A stretch of 64,000 nucleotides of DNA, taken from contig JAAOMT010000129.1 of assembly GCA_016748015.1 (NCBI GenBank), positions 186,001-250,000 of the forward strand, given 5' to 3'. This stretch comes from Geosiphon pyriformis uo1 (lineage: Eukaryota > Fungi > Glomeromycota). The translations under genes and the position numbers were made by a program. Shown here in pieces: positions 1-11,295 of the stretch (its first letter is position 1; each line of letters begins with the position of its first letter). Below the pieces are notes generated by a model. It had not been told where the DNA came from, made no database searches, and saw only the letters and a program-made list of their open reading frames with translations.

Positions 1-1149
1 TTTATTATAATATTATATAAAGTATATTTAATTGATACTCTGTAAAAAAAAAAAAACAATCTCGCAGAAGGGGACAACATGAAAAGCGTATTACATGATG
101 TAATGCAGATATCAAATAATGATTATGTGACTTATTAATAGACAATTTATTTAACATGTATATTTCAAAATCATTTTTATTACTTTTTTCCAAAAATTAT
201 TAATATTTAAAAATGATGAAAAAGTTTTAAAATTTCACAAAAAAAATTTGCAAAAATAAAAAAAAATTGTTTATAATTTGTGACACAGGATTGAAAGAAA
301 TTAAAATCCTGGTGTATTAATTAGAGTTTTCGAAGATCCAAATAAAATAAAATAAAATAAAATAAAATGAGAGGGATTAAAACTTTTTATTATTCAAGAT
401 TTTACGATTCAAACCTTACACACTAATTATGGATCAATTTTTGATATCGAAAATTTTTTTTATGTATATATAAATTTTTCAGAAAGTAATTTTTAAATTA
501 TATCTATAGGAAAATAAATAAATAAATAAATGTAATTAAAAAAAATAAACCTTTTTTTTTTTATCGAATAAATCAAAAATTTTTGTATAATAATAACATT
601 TTGTAATCATCATAAACTTGGAATAAATTTTTATATCGGTTTTCTTGGAATTTTCTCTAATAGAATTGATTAATTGATTAATTGATTGATTGATTGATTG
701 ATTGATTTTTTTTTTATACGGTAGTCTTTTTAAATAGAAATAAAATTATAATAGTAACTTTAATTCATATCAAGTTGTTTTTGTTGTTGCTTTTGGTTTA
801 GTCTAATCTAATTTATAGTGGAAGTTAGTTGGGTCGGTCATAATATAATATGATATGATATAATATAATATGATATGATATAATATAATTAAAACTCGAG
901 AAACAAAATAAAAAAATCAAGTAAAACAGCAGGACTAACTTACGTAAACGAGTTTAAAATTCAATCTTTGAGACTAAGAAAATTGGAAATTAAAAACCCA
1001 TTATCTATTTTTAGGAGATTATGATGTCAACATAACAATTACCACAAGGTTTAGCGTGGGGACTAGGGAAAAGTTTTTTAATGCTAGAAAGGTTGGACAA
1101 AAGTTCAGATGACATTATTATTATTATTGAAATTATTATTATTATTGAA

Positions 1150-1200
<51 letters not shown>

Positions 1201-1683
1201 GAAGAATGAATAGTTAAAAATATTCTATGGACATATTAAGAATGAATATTTAAAAATATTCCATGGACATATTGAGAATGGAAAAATGATACTGATGATT
1301 TCAAATTTTTTTGGTACATTATTGTACATTTGGTACATTATTGAATATTAGTCATTGACGATTAATTTAATATAAACATTGGCTAACGAATACTAGATTT
1401 TGATTGGGAAAACATTTAATTATTTTTTTTTAGCCTAAAATATCCCAACCAAAATCATGATTTATCAAAGATTTCTCATGTGATTTTATTTTAAATTTAT
1501 TATCTTTTATAATTATTATTATTATTATTATTATTCTAACCCCCTTTTTTTATTTCATATAAAATAAAATATAAAGTATATATATTTCTGTTTTTTTTTT
1601 TTAATCATAAAAACATAAATGATTATAAATAATAAAATAAAATAAAATTATCTCTCAATAATAATAATAATAATAATAATTTC

Positions 1684-1746
<63 letters not shown>

Positions 1747-1921
1747 TTCTATAATAATAATAATAAGAAAGTTTATAAACTAATTTAACTTTCAAAAAAA
1801 TTTCTAAAAAATCTTGTCAACATTTTTTACCATTTACAAAATTTGAAGTAATACATTTCAGAAATGATAAATTTCTTATTTATCTTTCGAATTCTAATTC
1901 TTCATTTCCAAGTTTACAAAT

Positions 1922-3121
1922 TTACATTATTATAGACTTTAAATCCATCTGCATCTGATTCAAATGCATCGAAGTGACATGTGAACCATATATCGAACCA
2001 CGTACGGCAATTTTAATCATATCTTCTTTCTGATGACGGAATATCACGTATGAACGTATGACAATAACGAAACAAATCTAACCGAAAAGAAAAATTGTTA
2101 AAAATCCCATTTTTAGTATTTGGTATTAGATTTTTTCAAGGATATCATATCTTTTAAAATCCTTTTTAACTTGAAACCAAATTGAGCTACCCAATTATTT
2201 ACCCCAAAAAGACTCGCCAATCCATTCAAAAGAACAATCAGAATTATTCCTTGATCAGCCATCCTTATACTCTTATCAATTCCATCTTGACATAATACTG
2301 ATTCCAATGACTGCTCAAATTTATCTGAATTATCAGAGTTTCTTAGAATCCTTGAAGAATCACAACTTTTCATAATATCTTGATACCATCTTATGATTAT
2401 TATTAACCATATGATCGATTCGATTGTGTAAAATGGTGCTATGGTGTATGCTATATACTGATAAATTCGTAATAATTTTCCAAAGTTCTAGTGAAATCCA
2501 AAAAATGGTTCGGGGAAAGTAGTTAAAAAATGGTTCAAATCAATGAAACTTTTGAATATTGGAAATTTATTCAAAATTTACTAATTTTCTTTTTTTTTTT
2601 CCTACCACAAAAGCAACCACAAAAAGACCATATAATGCACCCAAGACGAATAGAGAATTTATAATGATTGATGACAGATAATAACCATACAAAATTGATA
2701 TCACTTTTTTTTTATGTGAGAATTTTTAGTTAATATTAATATCAGAACGAAAAAAAAAAAAACAAATTTCGAATTCTAAATCCAAGTTTAAAAAAATATT
2801 TTGTAAAATTCTTACCTTGAGAATTTAAGATATCATTACGATGCTTGAACGCGATACAATTTATCACAATTTTATACATGCTGAAAGCCTGTATTGAAAA
2901 AAGAAAATTTTTTTTTTTTTTTGAAAATAGTATTTCTAAAAAAACTATTTGATATAATTATTCAAATAGAAAGTGTTATTCACCAAATAAATTGAAACTT
3001 TTTTTTTTTTCGTAACCTCTTTTTTGATACTTACAATCCATAAGAAAGAACAAATAATGACTACTGGTCGTAAATTGGGAGATTTATGATAACTGGGTAA
3101 ATATAGTGGTAACAATTTCAT
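1922..3121 (-). CDS. Five-exon gene for a ~232-aa four-transmembrane (tetraspan/LAPTM-like topology) membrane protein
   Basis: Hand-spliced exons 3121-3035, 2888-2816, 2703-2606, 2487-2203 and 2077-1922, all GT-AG, give an open frame MKLLPLYLPSYHKSPNLRPVVIICSFLWI|AFSMYKIVINC..|VISILYGYYLSSIIINSLFVLGALYGLFVVAFV|NFGKLLRIYQY..KSCD..VLCQ..LFG|ICFVIVIRSY..IIM*. There are four hydrophobic segments and two Cys in the TM3-TM4 loop. ORF 2113..2373 is part of exon 4. Confidence 0.85.
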
Positions 3122-3321
3122 CTTTTAAAAATTGATCAATCGATAAAGATGAAAACAGCTTATTTTTATATTGAATAAAATATTAATATATGCTTTTTAG
3201 AAACAAAAAATATTTAGAAAATTTTTTTAATATCTTAAGAAAAAATCAAGCTGAAAATAGAAAAAATTGAAAACAAAAAATTCAACCTTTTACTAAAAAA
3301 TTTTAAATACTGTATATACCA

Positions 3322-3357
<36 letters not shown>

Positions 3358-3566
3358 CGAAACAGAAGAAAAAAATTTTTTTTTCACTTTCGGATCATCT
3401 CTAATGGTTTTTACTATCAATTTTAATTTTTTTTTGGGAGGGGGGGGGGGAAGGGTTTTTTTGATGAAACGAACAAACCCATTTCAGAAACGGTATTGAA
3501 ACACCAGATAAAAAAAAATCGATTAAAAAAAGTTTTTTTAAAACATTTCTCCTTTTCCTCAAGTCA

Positions 3567-3630
3567 TACATACATACATACATACATACATACATACATA
3601 CATACATACATACATACATACATACATACA

Positions 3631-3660
<30 letters not shown>
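3567..3660. repeat. (TACA)n microsatellite
   Basis: Perfect tetranucleotide array; it accounts for the MYVC/TYIH ORFs. Confidence 0.95.
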
Positions 3661-3664
<4 letters not shown>

Positions 3665-4663
3665 CATATATATACTTTCTCAAACAGGTATGCTAATTAA
3701 TTAATTAATAAACAATCTCTCTGATAATGGATACAATGACAAAGTTTAGTAATCATAAAAATTATTACATTGGGAAACTTTTAAAACAGAAAAACTCATG
3801 ATCAAGACTTTTTTGGTAAAAATAATTTTAGGTACGAGAATTTAAAGTTTAATTTAATGAGTTAAATTCACACTTTTATTCTGTTTGAATGTTTTTTTTT
3901 GATTTCCCAAAATTGGTTAACCATTTTTACCGGGAAACCAAAAATATGGATAATTGAAGTTTTTGCTAAAATTGGAGAATTTAATGCAAAAATTCTTTTT
4001 AATATCTTTAATAATAATGAAATTTAAATCCAATTCAAATTCCCATTATAAATATTTCAGGGTCAATCTGGAGCGAACCTTGTATAACGAAATTGATAAT
4101 AATGAAATTTAAAATCCAGTATAAAAGACTTATTTATCACTTAGTAAATGATATGGTTGAAAATCCCTTATTGATGAGAGTGAGGAAATCTACTAATTGA
4201 TAGGAAATGAAATCTCAAAACGAAAAGAAAATAAAAGAAAATAAAAGAAAATAAAAGAAAATAAAAAAAAATAAAAATAATTCAAGCAAAAAATTTCAAT
4301 AAATGGGATAAATTTTCTTCTTCTTTTGTATCAAACTTTAAAATCTCAAACTCTGAAAAAAAAAAATTTCTCCTTTAATAAAAACAATTACTCTAAATAT
4401 CAGGAATACTAACTTTATGCCAAAAGAAACCCCCATTTTTGAAATAGGAGAAATTTAATTTTAACAAATTTCAATTTCTTTAAAACGAATTTTCAAAGTT
4501 TCTCCGATTAAAATCTCAGGGATCGAAAGCAAAAATTAACATTTATATAAATGTAAAACAAGAATATCAAACGTTTCAGTGAATCAAAGGAAGATCTGGA
4601 AACGCAATTAATTACCAATTCCCATTAAAAAAATTTAACTTGAAACAAGAAATAGATGATAAA

Positions 4664-4698
<35 letters not shown>

Positions 4699-5663
4699 CA
4701 TTAACACCTATATATATTATCTTCAACAACAGAAATTTTCCAGTCATTTTAAATGTATTTGGAATGGAAAAATATCAAAGACTAGAAAAATTTCCAAAAA
4801 TTCTTTTCATTATAGTTTCTTGAATTCTCGTAATTAAACATTGGCAAAATATAAATTACTATCTTTTTTACCTGCCAAATGTGAAAAAATTCAAAATATC
4901 AATAAGTGGATTTATGGGTAATGAAAATTTTTTTGAGATTTATAAAATCATCATTTCATGTTTTGACAACCTGAGTTAAAACCAAATATTTTGGTTAAAA
5001 TATTCATATCTTGAATTTTTAAATGTGTATTAAATAGACTCACACATTATATATACTGTAACTATGAAATAAAATGTAATAATTATTCAAAAATGTCTAT
5101 TAAATATACAGTATAATTTTTTAAATAATTATATTTTAATCATAAATTTTGTTATCAATACAAACGTTAACATACATATAACAATATAGAAATTGTATTA
5201 TATAAAATTTTTAGAAATAAGATAACTTGAACAAAAAGTAATAAATAAAACTTTTTTAAAATTTTTATTACAAAAAAAAAATCTTTTTTTATTATTATTT
5301 TTTTTTTCATGTGTTTTTAATACAAATAATGTACTTTTCTTTAAATGTATTACAATTTTTTTTTTACTTTTATGGTCTATAAATATATTTTAGTTTTTTT
5401 ATTATTAAGATTAATAATCTTTTACTCACATATTTTAACAAATATTTGGAATTAACTATTTAATAATTGGTTAAATATTAATAACTTTATAGAATATTTA
5501 GTAAAAAAAATTTCGAGATTTTACAATTATTGTTTACAAAAAATCATTTTGTTTATATGTATTAAAAATAATATAAATTTTAATTATTACAATATTTAAT
5601 TAATATAAATAAATAAGTATTTTTTTTTGTTATTTAATATTTTAAATATTTTAAATAGAATAA

Positions 5664-5719
<56 letters not shown>

Positions 5720-6356
5720 TATTATTAATAGTAAACTGTTAAAAAAATAAGAATAAAAAAGATAATAATATTGTTATTATTAAAAAAAATGTGCATATAA
5801 TCTTTATAATTACAAAAATCAAGTTAAAAAAACACTGTTTAATTATAAATTTTTTAAGTATTAAAATTTTTATTTTAAACAAAAACAAAAATTTTTATAT
5901 ATAATTACATATTTACCAAAATTATTTCTGTTTAAATTAATAAAATATGCACTAAAATTAATATAAAAAGCTAAAATTTTATTAAATTTATAATTAATAT
6001 AAAAAAAAAAGCTTAAATTAATATAAGAAATCAAAAATAAATAAATATTTTTAATAATAGTAAATTTAAAAAAAAAAAATTTAGAAATATGTTTAATAAA
6101 TTTAAAAATGTATTTTTTTTCAGTTATTAATTAACTACTGAATTTTAATAAGTATAAATAAATTTTAAAAACAAAACAAAAAACTATTTTTATTATAAAA
6201 TATAAAATTTGTAAATTTACAATAAATGTTTTTTAAATTAATAAAGTCCAAAAACTTATATAATCAATAAATGACATTTTAACTTTATATTATTATTGGA
6301 AATTTGTAAAAGATTTCTCTTTTTCTTGAAATTAAAATTTTCAAGAAAAATGTTTA

Positions 6357-6398
<42 letters not shown>

Positions 6399-6611
6399 GA
6401 AACACTCTTTCTTTTTTTCTTTTTATTTTGAAATTAAACAAGTTTTTTGCCTTCAATTGAACATTTACTGTAGAAATTTATCATATTGATGAAACTGATA
6501 CTAGAATAAGGTAGCATCATGCTAATTCCATATAATTACAAATTTAAAAAGTTTTATGATTTATGAATGGTTTATTTAAAAAATAAAAAAAATGTTCATT
6601 ATTCAATTAAA

Positions 6612-6739
6612 AGTAAAACACGAAAAAGACTGAGCGAGCCATCGTCTCCATCTCCAGATTGTTCTAACTATTCGAAGCAGTGATCATAAGACAAAAGATT
6701 AAGTAGTATCGCTTCTATAAATATCTTTATTTATAAATT
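6612..6739 (+). repeat. Direct-repeat copy 1: duplicated terminal exon and 3' UTR of the adjacent pseudogene
   Basis: agtaaaacacgaaaaagactgagcgagccatcgtctccatctccagattgttctaactattcgaa...ataagacaaaagattaagtagtatcgcttctataa recurs at 8353-8508. Confidence 0.9.
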
Positions 6740-6917
6740 TATTTTCTTATTTCGGACAAAAATGTAGATTATGGTGTCACGAAAAAATATTATTTTTTCG
6801 TGATGTTTTCTACAGATGACGCACCTTCCTTAAAACGCATCACAATCCCTTCGCTTTTACGGTCTGTGAACGCGTCTCAGTCTCTTCATTTCTTAAGGTC
6901 AATAACCTTACACTTAC

Positions 6918-8424
6918 ATGTTAGCAGATATTTGGAATCAACCGTTTAACAGTTGGCCACATGTCGACGACTTTGCGCAATATCTAAGCGACCGTGGCAA
7001 CAATCACAGCAAGAAATGTGTCAACCACATATTTAAAAATGAAGTTGAGACCTTGCAATCATTGTTTACAAAGGACCACCCAGCCCAAGTACATCTTGCA
7101 AAGATGGAGCTAGTGGTTGAAGGTAACATAATTTATAATTATTGTGTTTTTAACTTGTGAGAGGCAAACCATCCTGGAACCGACGTATAGCGAACTGCGT
7201 GTTCTAATAGCGAAGTGCGTCTTCGTCTTACTTTAGTGAGGCTAAACATGTAATAGCCCACTTCTGGCGTAAGGTCGTGCAGTTGCACTTTAATGAACTG
7301 CGTGTTTGTTGAGGAAGTGCATCTTCATTCAACTGAAGTGCAACTGTCCTGGATGTATGCTTTTGAAATAACTCATCAAGCTAATGTTTGAATCATTCCC
7401 AGAAAAACCAGTTAAAGAGGACGACGAGGAAGATTAAAGGAAAAAAAGCCGTTAAACTCTCCATCAAACATGAGATTGCGAAGAAAAATCTGGAAATTGC
7501 AAAGGTTAGAGTATTTCAATAACTCTCATCATTATATTTAGCAAACTTAACTCTCTCGCGAATATTCTAGGATTCCGTACTTGTCGGTGGATTTCATCGA
7601 ATTGATCAACACTACAGTGACTATCATACTCCAAGTACCCAATTGCTACATGAGTCGTTGGCAGAAGGGAAAGATGTGCGCGTGAGTAGATAGGTATTTT
7701 TTTTCTCTTGTAACCTAACACTTCAACTGGGATAGGATCGGATGCTGGATAATCCACCTTTGTAATTCTCAATCGTCAGGCGAAGCACAAGCTTGATGAA
7801 GAGAATGATGATGATGGTGAACTGCTAGAGGAAAGTGATGACGAGGATAAAGACATTGCCATCACCACAACTGAAGAAGAATCAGCCGCAGAAGCCGAGA
7901 TTCCCAAAAACTATCTAAAGGTTGTCGTGAAAGCGATAAACTCTGCACGCGAAGATCAGGCAGCCGCATTATCAGAGTATGTATATCTATATGCTTTCTT
8001 GGTTTTCATTTAGCGATCGCTCTCTTGACATCGTTTTATATGCTATTGTAGTCCTCTGTGCTGGGGTGTTGTCGATCTACATGAGGAAAAGGTGTCACCC
8101 TGCCCAAATCACCTCCGCGCGAAAAGCCTAATCCCGGCGGCCGAGCTTAACAAAATTCAGCAGTTTGTAGCCGGCTATCTCAGCCAGCGGGCAATTATGA
8201 AAGCCAAGCTTTCTGGTAGCTTGATACAAGCTGTCCCAAATGTCACCGTGGAATTGAGAAAAATACTTACTCCGAAAAAAAGGTGATCATTTGGATATGT
8301 CGCGGTTGTTTCTTATTTCCTTATCTCATGTTCCGGTATTTTGTTTTGTTTCAGTAAAACACGAAAAAGACTGAGCGAGCCATCGTCTCCATCTCCAGAT
8401 TGTTCTAACTATTCGAAACAGTGA
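6918..8424 (+). pseudogene. Multi-exon pseudogene of an uncharacterised fungal protein family, apparently internally deleted
   Basis: Exon-like pieces with GT/AG ends read MLADIWNQPF..KMEL, KNQLKRTTRKIKGKK..EIAK, DSVLVGGFHRIDQHY.., NRQAKHKLDEENDDDG..AALSD|PLCWGVVDLHEEKVSPCPNH..TPKK|SKTRKRLSEPSSPSPDCSNYSKQ*. Phase mismatches and an in-frame TAA near 7750 indicate inactivation. Confidence 0.6.
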
Positions 8425-8508
8425 GAAAAAGGGAAATGGTGATTATAAGACAAAAGATTAAGTAGTATCGCTTCTATAACCCATGTAAAATATCTTTATT
8501 TATAAATT
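8353..8508 (+). repeat. Direct-repeat copy 2 (terminal exon and 3' UTR)
   Basis: Near-identical to 6612-6739 but carries two extra short segments. Confidence 0.9.
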
Positions 8509-8838
8509 CACATGAAATACAATGATCGCTAATGTTTGAAATATAATTTTACATTTTTTACTTAACAATTTTGAAATCAATTTATTCATCTCATATTTTT
8601 GAAAATAAAAATTTTTAACGAGTTTTTCTGAAACTATATATTTAAACAAATAATATGATATAAATAACATAAAAATAATATTTTATTTTGAAATAAATAC
8701 CTTTTCAATTGTTTTGTCAAATGTATTATAATTTTAAATACCAATATTTTTTTTAATGATTAAAAACAAATATTAAACTAATAAATTTAAGATTTAATCA
8801 TTATTTAACAAATATTATTAATAGTAATTTCAAATTTA

Positions 8839-8878
<40 letters not shown>

Positions 8879-9102
8879 TAATAATAATTTTTCATTATTA
8901 TTTTAAAGTTCATTGCAAAATATTTTAAGAAGTTAATTAAAAATATTATATTTAGTTTCTTTTGGTAAATTATATTGCAAATTTATACATTTATACAACT
9001 TTTAAGGCGATAAGCCTAAAAAGTTAACGATCCCCGATCAATCAGATGATAAAACCAACACGACTCATACTTCAGAACAGTTGAACTAGTAAATCTCAAA
9101 TT

Positions 9103-11295
9103 ATGTTGGAATTTTTCTTCCGTCTCAACAAACGAATCCCCTCAAAACAACCAAGAATCTTTCTCTGCCAGATTTTTCAAAATGACTATCCTCATATAAT
9201 AAAACAGACAAAATTTCATTTACATACAGAGAAATGTATTGAAACAGGAATCAATAGTGAAACAAAGAAAGGTATTCGGACTTCACTGAATAAACATTCA
9301 AGACCACAACCTACAAAATCTAAAAGTCTTGTAAGCAAAATCTCCTCGCCACACCCTAAAACTCTCGTAATCAAAACCTCCTCACCGCAGCCTAAAAGTC
9401 TCGAGACCAAAGCTTCCCCAACACAACCTAAAAGTCTTGAAAGTAACGCGTCCCTAATACAACCTGAAAGCAAAGCTTCGCCGATACAATCTAAAAATTT
9501 TGAATGTAAAGCTTCCCCAATACAGCCTAAAATTCTTGAAAGTAACACTTCCCTAATACAACTTGAAAGCAAAGCTTCGCCGATACAATCTAAAAGTTTT
9601 GAATGTAAAGCTTCCCCAATACAGCCTAAAAGTCTTGAAAGTAAAGCTTCCCCAATACAGCCTAAAAGTCTTGAAAGTAACACTTCCCTAATACAACTTG
9701 AAAGCAAAGCTTCGCCGATACAATCTAAAAGTCTTGAAAGTAAAGCTTCCCCAATACAATCCGAAAATCTGGAAAATAAAGCTTCCCCAATACAACCCGA
9801 AAGTCTCGAAAGTAGATCTTCCCAAATACAACCTAAAAGTCTTGAAAGTAACGCTTCCCTAATACAACATGAAAGTCTTAAAAGCAAAGCTTCGCCGATA
9901 CAACCTAAAAGTCTTGAGAATAAGGCTTCTCCGATGCAGGCTAAAAGTCTTGAGAATAAAGCTTCTCCGATACAGGCTAAAAGTCTTGAGAATAAAGCTT
10001 CTCCGATGCAGGCTAAAAGTCTAGAAAATAAAGCTTCCCTAATACAACCCGAAAGTCTGGAAAATAAAGCTTCCCAAATACAACCTAAAAGTCTTGAAAG
10101 TAACGCTTCCCTAATACAACCTAAAAGTTTTGAAAGTAAAGCTTGCCAAATACAACCTAAAATTCTCGAAACCAAAACTTCCCCAACACAACCTAAAAGT
10201 CTAGAAAATAAAGCTTCGCCGATACAAACTGAAAGTCTCGAAACCAAATCTTCCCCAGAACAGCTTAAAGGTCTTGAAACTAAACCTCCCCCAGCACAGC
10301 CTAAAAGTCTCGAAACCAAAGCTTCAACACAGCCTGAAATTCTCGAAGCTAAAGCTTCCCCAACACAACCTGAAATTCTCATAATCAAAACCTCACAACC
10401 ACAACCTAAAAGTCTCGAAACCAAACCTTCCCCAGAACAGCCTAAAAGTCTTGAAACCAAAGCTTCCCCAACACAACCTGAAATTCTCGAAGCTAAAGCT
10501 TCCCCAACACAACCTGAAATTCTCATAATCAAAACCTCACAACCACAACCTAAAAGTCTCGAAACCAAACCTTCCCCAGAACAGCCTAAAAGTCTTGAAA
10601 CCAAAGCTTCCCCAACACAACCTGAAATTCTCGAAGCTAAAGCTTCCCCAACACAACCTGAAATTCTCATAATCAAAACCTCACAACCACAACCTAAAAG
10701 TCTCGAAACCAAACCTTCCCCAGAACAGCCTAAAAGTCTTGAAACCAAAGCTTCCCCAACACAACCTGAAATTCTCGAAGCTAAAGCTTCCCCAACACAA
10801 CCTGAAATTCTCATAATCAAAACCTCACAACCACAACCTAAAAGTCTCGAAACCAAACCTTCCCCAGAACAGCCTAAAAGTCTTGAAACCAAAGCTTCCC
10901 CACCGCAGCCTGAAATTCTCATAATCAAAACCTTACAACCACAACCTAAAAGTCTTGAAAGTAAAGCTTCGCCAATACAACCTAAAAGTCTCGTGATTAA
11001 AACCTCCCATAAGAAACCTCTTTTCCGATGCACGGGATGCAAAAAGGAATTCACCAGGCCTAGTTATCTCAAAGAACACATCAAAATAGTGCATAATATT
11101 GGGGTACGAACCTTTGCATGTAATCACCCAGGTTGTAATGTTTCTTGTAAGCGAAAATCTGATTTGACGCGACATAAAATGCTGAAACACGAGGGACCCT
11201 CTAAATCGGAATCGGAATGGCGCTGTCATAAATGTGGGAGAAGTCTCTATAGTAAATGTAGTTTAAAGCGGCATTTGACAGCTTGTAAGTCGTGA
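9103..11295 (+). CDS. 730-aa protein with a long array of 12-aa S/P/K/Q/E repeats and three C-terminal zinc fingers (two C2H2, one C2HC)
   Basis: Uninterrupted ORF; fingers FRCTGCKKEFTRPSYLKEHIKIVH, FACNHPGCNVSCKRKSDLTRHKMLKH and WRCHKCGRSLYSKCSLKRHLTAC; repeat consensus QPKSLE(S/T/N)KASP(I/T). Confidence 0.85.
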   Translation: MLEFFFRLNKRIPSKQPRIFLCQIFQNDYPHIIKQTKFHLHTEKCIETGINSETKKGIRTSLNKHSRPQPTKSKSLVSKISSPHPKTLVIKTSSPQPKSLETKASPTQPKSLESNASLIQPESKASPIQSKNFECKASPIQPKILESNTSLIQLESKASPIQSKSFECKASPIQPKSLESKASPIQPKSLESNTSLIQLESKASPIQSKSLESKASPIQSENLENKASPIQPESLESRSSQIQPKSLESNASLIQHESLKSKASPIQPKSLENKASPMQAKSLENKASPIQAKSLENKASPMQAKSLENKASLIQPESLENKASQIQPKSLESNASLIQPKSFESKACQIQPKILETKTSPTQPKSLENKASPIQTESLETKSSPEQLKGLETKPPPAQPKSLETKASTQPEILEAKASPTQPEILIIKTSQPQPKSLETKPSPEQPKSLETKASPTQPEILEAKASPTQPEILIIKTSQPQPKSLETKPSPEQPKSLETKASPTQPEILEAKASPTQPEILIIKTSQPQPKSLETKPSPEQPKSLETKASPTQPEILEAKASPTQPEILIIKTSQPQPKSLETKPSPEQPKSLETKASPPQPEILIIKTLQPQPKSLESKASPIQPKSLVIKTSHKKPLFRCTGCKKEFTRPSYLKEHIKIVHNIGVRTFACNHPGCNVSCKRKSDLTRHKMLKHEGPSKSESEWRCHKCGRSLYSKCSLKRHLTACKS
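9340..11005 (+). repeat. Coding minisatellite: 36-bp unit with a 144-bp higher-order repeat in the 3' part (~10300-10910)
   Basis: cctaaaagtcttgaaaccaaagcttcccca recurs at 10441, 10585, 10729 and 10873, a 144-bp period. Confidence 0.9.

Noticed and set aside
3235-3696. ORFs with MYVC/TYIH/YI repeats (similarly 19447, 24054, 40329)
   Set aside because: They are translations of microsatellites.
7506-7772. 88-aa minus-strand ORF as an inverted insert
   Set aside because: The + strand has coherent exons and splice sites across this interval.
9001-9092. Short hairpin aggcgataagcct and a downstream ctag as a Helitron 3' end
   Set aside because: The spacing is too long for a canonical Helitron terminus and no 5' end was found.
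9340-11005. 36-bp periodic array as a possible CRISPR
   Set aside because: No unique spacers, in-frame protein coding, eukaryotic context, and no cas genes.
9216-11054. 612-aa antisense ORF with LLSRLLGC repeats
   Set aside because: Shadow of the coding minisatellite; the repeat unit lacks stops in that frame, and the + strand carries the recognisable zinc fingers.
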